Under the pieces are notes generated by a model. It did not search any database. It was not told where the DNA came from and worked only from the letters and a program-made list of their open reading frames with translations. From assembly GCA_030704615.1 (NCBI GenBank), contig CM060732.1:74586001-74650000 (forward strand): a stretch of 64,000 nt of DNA. The letters run 5' to 3'. The DNA comes from Takakia lepidozioides (lineage: Eukaryota; Plantae; Bryophyta). Below are positions 14,001 to 24,100 of the stretch, piece after piece. The stretch's first letter is position 1. Every line of letters begins with the position of its first letter. The translations under genes were made by a program, and so were the position numbers.

Positions 14001-15507
14001 ACTCCCTGGGCCTGCCACCATCCTCCGTGCAGAACTTATGGCCATTTACGTGGCCATCTCCCAGCTACCCTCATTCTCCCCTCCCCATTATATTTTCACA
14101 GACAGTCTAACATCACTCTTTCTTATTCGTAACCACCTAGCATGCCTCTCCTCACACCACCACCACCCAGACCGCAACCTCATTGATGCCATAACCAAAG
14201 GTGCCATAGACTTGGACCAACCAATTCACTTCCTGAAAAACCGCTCACATACAGGTATTGCTGGCAATGAGGAAGCTGACCTCCTCGCTCAAACTGGCGC
14301 TTTAGAGCCCTATATCGACCCAGCCGACGATCCTATCCACATTGTGCACACCCACCCATTTTGGCTCATACACTCCATCCCAAACCCTCCAGACCATAAG
14401 CAAATACATAACCTTCTTACCACCCTTAATAAGGAGGCCACTCAACAAGCTAGGGCATCTATGAGTCACACCAAAATCCACATTCAAGAATGGACTCTTT
14501 CCACCATCCTGCATCATAAGCTATCCAACAAATTTGGCACTCCAAAGCCGTGACTGATGCTCAAATCAAACAAACACTCAAGTTCCGATATGCCCAATAT
14601 ATGGGCCACCAACGTAAACACGTCTTCTGGCCCCGCCAATTTCCCTCACCAAACTGCCATTTATGCCTGCACAACCACCAGGTTCGAGACACTTGGCCCC
14701 ACCTCTTGAGTCAATGTACCCACCCGGTCATCCATGGTAACATGTCATAACCATCCTGTTTGGCACATCCACAAACTCCTTATGCAACGGTCCGGAACCC
14801 GCTGGTTTTCACTTGTTAACGCAGGCACCCACCAAGGCAAACCTCTAGACCATACTGTTCCACATTGGTTGCTCCCATGCCTATGTCCACGCTCTCCATG
14901 CACCTGCCTCGCCATGCTATGCCCTGATATCTTGCTTGTTCACGGCCTGCCCATCAATACCCAGCCGCCTACTTCCCCTTCATCACATATCACCATCTAC
15001 TTTATAGAATTCACATACTGTCACGATCGTTATCCTGCCCCCTCCATCTTGGAAAACGGCAAAAATATGCACCACTTATCACTGCTCTCCGTCGCAGGGG
15101 GTGGAACACAGGCCCCCTCTCTGTTATCACGGCCGACACTCGAGGGGGTATCCACAATGCTAGCATAACGGCGCTACACGACAAATCTCCCCTATCCACA
15201 AATGCTTTAAGACAATTCACCTCACAACCCTCCGTTCTCTCACAGCCATCATTACCAACAAACGGAAGCTAGAATCCAACCCACTTTCTGTTCCTTAGCC
15301 CTCCTCAACACCTTAGGTACCCATGGGTACCTAAGGGTACCCTTATGGGTACCCACCGTACCCCTTGGTACCTCCACCCCCCGGTTCCGGTGTCCACTGG
15401 ACACCTAGATTACTTATAGGGCCCACCCCCGAAAGGGGGCAGTAGCCGCAAGGCGAAGTGGCTCTTAGTTACGCCGGCTTAGGCTGGAGTCTTCTCTCTC
15501 TCTCTCT
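11017..15507 (+). mobile_element. Dualen/RandI-like RLE non-LTR retrotransposon, copy 1 (RT, chromodomain, PCIF1-like MTase fold, RNase H, CCHC, RLE), frameshifted
   Basis: RT GTIQGDTLNPYLF...YADDL...YTYLG; chromodomain 12603-12743; MTase-like 13202-13640; RNase H about 13915-14300; CCHC and RLE about 14655-15270; structured 3' UTR and (CT)n tail. The 5' part is cut off by gypsy B. Confidence 0.85.
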
Positions 15508-16500
15508 ACATGTCCACAAGCGCAGTCTCCAAATATATCTCGAAAGCCTCCCTGCCACATCCATGTTGAGCACACCCTGCGATCATGGTGTTCCATGATA
15601 CTCTACCTCGTTTAGCCATATTGTCAAAAGCTTGAAGCGCATCCTTTATGCTCCCACATTTTGCATACATGTCCACAAGCGCAGTCTCCAAATTTATTTA
15701 GCATGCAATTCCAGATTTAATGATGTCAGCATGGACCTCTTTGCCCTTCTCCAAGGCTCCTAGGCTGGCACATGCATTGATAACGCAAGTGAATGCGACC
15801 CTGTTGGGCGTTAGCCCTTTCTTTTGCATTTGTTCATACATCTCAATAGCCTCCCTGCCATACTCATGCAGAGCATATGCTGCAATCATGGTCCTCCATG
15901 AAACCACATCATGTTGTGTCATATTGTCAAACACTAGATGAGCATCCTTTATGCCCCTGCATTTTGCATACATGTCAACAAGGGTATTCTCCAGGATAGC
16001 ATCTGGCACGATTCTAGATTTGTTTATGTCATCATGGCCATGCCTCCCTTATTCCAGAGCTCTGAGGCGCATGCATTGAGAATACAAGTGAATGTGACCC
16101 TGTCAGGCGTCACCCCATCCTGTTGCATTTTCTCATAGATCTTGAAAGCTTCCAACAGCGTCCCCATGCTGAGCATATCCTGCTATCAATGAACTCCACG
16201 AGACCACATCTCGTTTAGCACATGCTATCGAACATTTGACGCGCCTTTTTCATGCTGCCACATTTTGCATACATGTCGATAAGGCTATTATCCAAATTGA
16301 TATAGGGTGCAATTTTAGCTTTCATGGTGTCAACATGCACCTCTTTGCCCCCTTTTCCAGGGCTCCTAGGCTGGAACACGCATTGAGAACACAAACAAAC
16401 GTGATTGTGTTGGGTCTCACCCCTGCTTGTTGCATTTGCATGTACATCTGGAAAGCCTCCCTCTACGCTGACACTGATCACATATCCACCCAACGAGCTA
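15508..16500 (-). pseudogene. PLS-class PPR protein pseudogene fragment
   Basis: Repeated P-L-S motifs (LVDMYAKCGSI..A..VFDNM..DVVSW; TF.C.NACASLGALEKGKEVH) with stops and frameshifts; truncated at the LINE tail. Confidence 0.9.
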
Positions 16501-16616
16501 ACTTACAGAATTCAATATGCATCTCAGGGCCGAGTCTGATGAGAGGGCGAAACAGGCTGAAAATAGGTGGAACAAGAAGGTGGATCCTCACCACATTGTC
16601 CTTGACCTTGTGTCAT

Positions 16617-16703
16617 GACCCATGGAGGATTTGACCGTTCATCAACCCAAAAGGACCTCTGTGTGTGCTGCTTGTGTCTATAGTCAGGTAATGTCGGATT
16701 GGT
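16617..16703 (-). other. C-terminal half of an OSB-type PDF motif, upstream of the PPR array
   Basis: Translates TNPTLPDYRHKQHTQRSFWVDERSNPPWV, matching NP..PDFKHK....LW....P.WV. Confidence 0.65.
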
Positions 16704-18130
16704 ATGTGAGAACCACCACGGTGCAGCTAAGTAGACAAAGATTGAAACACAGCCTGCTAAGACAAAGCTGAATCTCCCAAGAACCTTCTAAACATCAGGA
16801 AGAATACCAGATCATGGTACTAAGAGCCCCCATTTGCAGGATGGACAAACTTCTTCACATTGTACATTAAAGAATGAAAAATAACTTTTATGCGGCAATA
16901 ATGAGACAGGGTCAATCTGCCTTTTTATCGATGAGAGTGGGCAATTCATTAGAGTCTGTTTCGGAGTCCAAATTGATTAAATCTTGAAAATGAAACGATT
17001 TTGTGGTGCCACGAGGATACTACAATTGCACCATAACGTTGCAATCCTTAGTCAATTTCTTGACCTCTTTCGCTGGGAACAGGGTACAGCCAATCATACA
17101 AAGCGTGTACTCCTTCTCTGTTTCTATAGAGACCCCCTCCATAGAAGATGCTTCTCTGGGATGTAATTGCCAGCTGAAGTACACCTGAGACATAAAAATA
17201 TTCTTTGAACCTCCTACATTCTTATTCAACTGCACATCTGTAAACGAGAATGTTTCCAGCTGCACCGGTGTCGTTGCATCCAATTAATTCAAAGTGGGGT
17301 ATCTGGAATTGAATCTCTCCTTGACGAATTTGCTTCTGGGAGTGGATTGTATAATGGGCTTGGAATCCTCAGACTGCAGCCAGTCCCCATTTTGAAATGA
17401 AAAAAGGTTGTGCAACATCCACTATGTAGGATCTCCCTTTGAGATCGCTGTGTGAAACCCCTCCTTTTGGCATCGATATGAAAACATCTATCAGTGAGAT
17501 CCACGAATACATAAGATATCCTGCAATTGCCGCAAGGTCCACGCTCCCAGTTTCTTCTTCTACGGATGCATTGTCCGACAAACCAATAAGAGATGATTGA
17601 TCGCTGCTGACTCTCCGAGGTTTCGTTACAACCGACACAGAAATGACGACGTGGCGTGACGACGATGACGTGTCTGTGATGACATGGCAATGATGATGTG
17701 GCGGAGATGACATGGCACTATGGCACCCTATTACTGCTCTACGCTAAACTAGTCTCGTTGAACTCGTTAATCCAGACCTGTTCACATGAGTAAGTTCTGT
17801 AGAATTCTTTCTACAGAACTGAAATGAGCGCTGGGCGATTCATCAGTACCTCCAAAGGCACGCTGTGAACTTCATATAAACTACACGAGGACATCAAAAC
17901 ATGGAACTTTCTCAGAACTGTTTCTCACTTGGGCACAAAAGACCACTTGAGCTACCCATGCATTTACATTTAGTACAAGTTCACTGTGTCCATCCTTTTC
18001 CAACAGAGCTCTCTCCACAAGCTACAGTCATTTCGAATATTGAGGTTGCCTTTTGTGGGTTCAAGTTGATATTGCCACTTCCGAACCGGCACTTTCACCT
18101 TTGATTTTGTCATAAAAGACAAGGAAATGA

Positions 18131-21100
18131 TCAAAGAAACCGTGTAAGCTCCACTGCATACCGGCCCTTCTTTGTCACTGTGATTTCTCCTACCTGCAAT
18201 ATTCAACAGTTTGGAATCGTTTTCAGCATGTATACATGTATGTGAGAGCTTGGTAAAATCTGGACTCTAGAGTTGAGAGGTAACCAAAGATAAAATGAGA
18301 TAGCCACATCCAAGGTAAAGAAGAGCTCCCGAAGATGAAAACATAGGCACCAGATACAAGAGGAGAAAGAAACCAGAAAGAACGCTGTGAGAGGAGAGAG
18401 AGAATGTACTCATAAGACAATGTTTGCCGTAGCCTTGTGGCCATAGACCTGAGAAGAGAGAGAATATGTACTCATAAGACTTTGTTTGTGCCCATTGACC
18501 CGCGCCCAGTTGGAGCGGAACCCAAAGGGACAGAAACTACCTTTGTGAGGGGCTGACGCTGATAGTATGACCTACCTTGGGACAGACAATTGATCTAAGT
18601 TTTCCAGATATACTCTAGAAATCCCTTTACACAAGCATCTGCTGTGTGTGATATAGCTAGGCCCAAAAGGGCCTGGGCTTTTGGCTCGGCCCCAAGATTT
18701 TCAAAGTTAGTAAACAGAGGTCACAAATCTCTTGATGGATTTGAAGAGGGCGCCTCTCTGGTGAGAGTACCCAGGACAATGAATCAGAGAATGAATATTG
18801 TCTTCAAGTTGGAGGGGAGAGAGAGAGAGAAGATTCCGAGCAAAGCCAGCGTAAATAAGAGCAACTTCTCATATAACTGAGAGTCATCTAAGAGAATGAG
18901 ACAAATCAACTATACCCTGTATAACAGTGACCAGCTGTTATAACTTCCCACTGAATTCATCTAGTCCCAATAGACGGTGTCAACACGTAAACGTAGTTTG
19001 AGCATTCAAATCATAGAAACACCAGACTCATTCCCAAAGGAAGAGAATGTACTCATAAGATTGTTTCCCAGAACCTTGTGGCTATAGACCCCACGCCCAG
19101 TTTGGACAGAAACAGAGGGAGTAGACACTACCTTTGTGAGGGGCTCACTCCGGGAGTGGGACCTTGATATAAACAATTACTTCGGGCTTTCCAGATATCC
19201 AGAAAGCCCTTCACACAAGCATCAAGAGATTGTACTCATAAGACGTGGTTTGCCGTAGCCTTGTGGCCATTGACCCCGCGCCCAGTTTGAGCGGGAACAA
19301 AAGGGACAGAACCTACCTCAGTCAGGGGCTGATGGTGGTAGTGTGACTTACCATCATATATAGAATTAATCCGGGTTTTCCAGATATCCTCTAGAAATCC
19401 CTTCACACAAGTATCAATCTGCTGTGTGTGATTTGCCCAAAAACTAGGCCTCAGGAGGGCCTGGGCTTTTGGCTCAGCCTCGAGACTTTCAAAGTTGTTA
19501 AACAGGGGTACAGGCACAATTCCCTTGATAGAATTGAAGAGAGCGTCTCTTTGGTGAGAGAACCCCGGACAGTGTATCAGAAAGTGAATACTGTCTTCAG
19601 ATTGCCCACACAGCTGGCAATTGCACTCTCCCTTTCCTCTCTGCTTCTTTTTGCTGTTCAAAGGTAGGCTTCCTGCCCTGAGTTTAAATTTCAGTCTAGT
19701 GCCGAGAGTGGGTAGACCCTTGAGGTCATCCAAGATGTCCTCCCCCATGTCACTGACTGGAAACAAGTTCAGGGAAGTTTTCTGCCTAACTTCATTTTCA
19801 TCAGACAATCTCATGGCAACAGACATGGCTGAGGACACAACAGCCTCTAAGTCAGATTTATCCAGCAGGGTCAAGACTTGCGGATCCAGGTACAAGTCCT
19901 TGAGAATCTCTTCTACTCTCTTCTGCCAGGACTTAGCCTGTTTGACAGGGCGGTCCTGTTTCCAAGATATAGAGTCGATTAACTTAGGATATCTGGTGTT
20001 GGGCATATGTTGCAGCTGACCCCACCATCTGACCTTGAATTCATCTTTTCGGGAGCTTAAGGACGGAATGCCAAACTCACCCCGAACAGCCACATTGGCT
20101 GTTTTGGAGCATGCTGACATACACTCCTTAAGCACCCCCACTTGAATGGATTCTAGAGACTTAGCCTGGTTGGAGTTATCAACCCATATAGCAGATCCGT
20201 ACTCCAAGGCAGGTCTAATAACGCGACAAAGCATGGTTTTCTTAACCTCAGAGTTTTCCCCTCTGCAGTGGAAAAATTTAGTGAGCCCCAGAGCTTTGCC
20301 CTTGCCAGTTTGAACAACTTTCCGGATATGTGCATCCCAATTACAATTGGAGGAAAACTCAACGCCCAGGTAAGTGTAGGAAGGGAGGACCGGGATCTCT
20401 TGGCTACCCCACTGCCACTTAAGATCACTTCCTCCCTCTCCTCTGTCGTTGAAAGCTACCACTGCACATTTGCTGACATTAGCCTCTAGCCCCCAAAGAT
20501 CAAAGTATCTCTTCGCGCAATCAATCAACTCCTGGAGATTGGTTGGAGTCTCCCCTATGCCTGCGAAGTCATCCGCAAACATAAGGGCTGGTATGGTGGT
20601 ATCACCCACCCTTAACCCAAATCCCTCACTTTCCACATCCTCGAGGAGTTGATTGATGAAAACATTGAAGAGCAGAGGGGAGAGAGTACATCCTTGAGCT
20701 ACACCTTGGTTTATGTCAAAGAAGTTGGACTTCTGTCCGTTAACAGTGACACAGCTTTTGGTGTGAGCATACAAGTTGTGGACAACTCTCCACATCAAGA
20801 GAGACAGAGAGAGAGAGAGACACACACACACACATAACCTAACAAACATAAGTGGGGTGAAAAAAAGCCTCCCGCTTAAGCAGTCTGTTCTTGACTGAAG
20901 CAAACATATTGTAAGTAGATGTGTTTGGCTAGATCTCTAGACCAGGAGTGGACTAGCTAGATAGTAGTACGATAACTATGCCTCTCCATAAGCCAATCTA
21001 AGGCAGAAAAACTAAACTGGACTATTCATTGTGACATGCACCAGGGAGAAAATTATCTTTGAAATACCTCTAATCTTCCCTTCCCCTGTACTGAGACCAC

Positions 21101-24100
21101 ATCCCCAGTCTTGAGGCTAAAACCATTTTTGGTGACTTCCTTCCAATTCACCCTCACATCTCCGCCGCTGCTCAAACCAAAAGAGAAACGTTAACCAAAT
21201 TCATGTGGCAAGAAGCAACTAAGAGCCACCTGTTTTCATGTGGGCATCACTCTAAATTATATGTCAACTTGTGAACGTAAAGGGTGCTATAGAATAGGGA
21301 TGGCAAATGATGTAAGCTGTGATGTCACCTTACATGCTGTTTGAAAGCTCTTAGATTCATCCGAAGAACTGAGGGGTCCAGACACCAAACTGCACATACA
21401 TTTGTAACAAAATACTGTCTGTAGTTGACTGCTGACTAGGTAATAAAGCACATAAACAGAAAGACGATGGTGCCGGTGCAGTGAGGGGACAATGGAGACC
21501 TTATTAGATCAGCAAGCTTTGAACGGGACATACGAAAGCCAGCACTGGCAAGCGCATCCACACGCAGGGACGCCTCCACTGACCTAAATGTGTCCACTCT
21601 GCGTAAACGCCCACAACATCAAATCAGTTGAATTATGTTTACGAGATGCTTCAAGAGTAAAATAAAATAAAAGAGAGCTTATGTACACAAGCAATAGGGC
21701 AAGGGAGGAGTGTAACCTAGGTGGCTTCACTTGGAGGGCAGTCAAAGGTATGGTCGTTGTTTCCACTCCTACATTGCGCACCTGCAGTTTGCAGACACAT
21801 CTCACCTCCTCATGACCTCCCTCCCTTTCTCTCTTGTCCCCTGTAAGCAGAACCTAACATAATCTGTAGACGAGCTCTGCAGTAAATCTTACACCAAAAT
21901 GGGTGCAGCTGGCTTTCACCAGTTGATACCTGTGGACAAATCTACACCAAGACAGATGTTCCTCAGGACTTCGACAAAAAGTCTAGCACTCTTTCTTGCT
22001 TTTTTCTGTCAAAGTGTTTCTCACCCTCTCTCCTTCCCCCAACACACACTTGCTCCATCCAAGCTATGCAACCATGCCTTGGAGGCTGCCCCAAAGCCAA
22101 GTCTAACAATACATAACGAAACTAAACTGAAAAACAAACCTGCTTGAGAGATGTTTCAAGGAACTTGACAAGCTCAGGAACCACCAGAACTTGAGCCCCT
22201 TTTTCTCCCTGTGTCACAAGCGCGATCCAATTTCTGAGTTCACTTTATTGATGTAGTCAACTTTTGGATATCTCAATAGTGAGGAGGATCTTTTGGCATG
22301 GTATTCCCCATGGAGTACCTTTTCCACTCAGAGATCACAATGACAAACCCCTTGAGTGAGATTTTTCCTTGAAACGGAACCATACCATCTTCAGTCAGCT
22401 GCCAGGGGACCTAAGTTCGTCTGTTCTGTGGTGTATAATTAAACAACAGATGTTGAGATGTTTAGAGTATCCAAACAGGTCTCTTGGTTGAGCACCATTG
22501 ATAGGGCACTTAGTCCTCTGAAGTGCAAGGGCGGTCATCAGAGCTGAATAACACTTGCTCTGACCCAAGCTTCGGAAAACCCCATCACTCTACCCTTACC
22601 TAATTGACCCACTTTTCTCCTTCCTTTGGAAACCGGATTCAACTTTCATAAGACAAGGACAATTAGGAAGGTGATAGTAACCTGAACAATAATGTCACCC
22701 ACTTTTTCGCGAGCAATGCCTGTACCTAGCACCGCCCCCAGAAAGTCTGCATGGGTTGCTGTCTCAAACATGAAGTTCCCTGACACACTGTTTGCAGGGA
22801 GCAAGCAACCATCTCTACTCAGTAATCAGTGATTGCAAATGCCCCAGACCCCAATAAAATAGCTCAACCGAGCTGACCAGAAATTTGAGCACCAGAGCTC
22901 CAACATGTGATGAAGTACTGATTCATACCAGCCAGAGAAGGAGCTCATCCTCTGACCAAAATCCGGACTGGCAGATGTCAACTCTGAAACTGCCTTGTAA
23001 GACATCAAATTAAAACGTGTGGTGCTTCAGTTCACGCATTCACTTTAAAACTAGGTGAATTGGGTACAAATAAGGTGGCTCAACCACTTTACAATAGTAT
23101 CCCTCTCTTCTACATGCAACAGGGCCCTGTTAGGGATAAGGCTGCCATGCAAGTGGTCGTAGGTTAAACCACATTGGTGAATGTTGGATGGGTGTATGTT
23201 GGATGTCAACAATTATAGCCAACCAGCTATAAAAGGGGAGTCACTGCATCCACCAATCACCTACTGTGTGGATATGCAGGGCATTTCAAGTCGTCAGGGG
23301 AAGGTTTGGGCAATCACATTGCCCTGGTTATGGCCCTTAGAAGTGTCCACCTTCCAAATGGAAAGCAGTAGCCCTTCGGGGTGAAGAGAAACCATAATTT
23401 ATGCTTGCTTTGGGAGGAGGCCACTTTTCTGCTCTCTTCGTTCTAACTACTGCCAATCAACTCACTTCACTATAACATTGTCCACTTTTCCACTTATCAA
23501 TGCCCATCAACTTGTTACAGAGCTCCAATATGCTTATTCTGTTTGAACTCACCAGCAGTCATGCTTGACCAGGACAAATCCACCAGATGAAATGCATGAT
23601 CGTACAAAAACAGCACTACAGACCAACCTGAGAGCTGCAACTGCTCCAGGGAAGCCCGCATCCCCTCCATCTGCACTTGCTGCTATTGCCTCCAAATGCC
23701 CTACAGAAATCCGGCACCTCTCTGCCTACCCAGATACGCCGAACCACATCCAAAGCAAACTTGTCATTAGCTACCACATGTCAAATATGACAATCTTTCC
23801 CAAGTGCTAATATGGGAGAAACGGAGACAGATAGGTGAGAGAGTTGAAGATGAGAGAACTCGCAGTGCACAAGCCACTGCAGAGGGAAGATCAGTCCCAT
23901 TTTAGTCTGAGAAAAGGAGGCTTGTACGCACTGACAATTGACATATGAACACCTCCTTTTCTCACACACTCTCACTTACGTTCAGGGATGCCCTCAAGGG
24001 TTTACCCACCCTCGGTACTAGACTGAAATTTAAACTCAGGGCGGTAAGCCTACCTTTGAACAGCAAACAGAAGCACAGAGGGAAGGGGGATTGCAAATGC

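Noticed and set aside
15416-15478. Hammerhead or HDV-like ribozyme
   Set aside because: The topology resembles a type III hammerhead but the CUGANGA core is absent (GCAGUA instead). No nested double pseudoknot could be built for an HDV fold.
15508-15693. Duplicated ACATGTCCACAAGCGCAGTCTCCAAAT as the LINE TSD
   Set aside because: Both copies lie on the same side of the element; this is an internal PPR rearrangement.
16984-17713. ORFs of 60-133 aa between the PPR fragment and ylmH
   Set aside because: No recognisable motifs or consistent splice structure; left unassigned.
19236-20903. 555-aa ORF as a host gene
   Set aside because: Its N-terminus translates microsatellite DNA; it is a 5'-truncated LINE ORF inside an intron.
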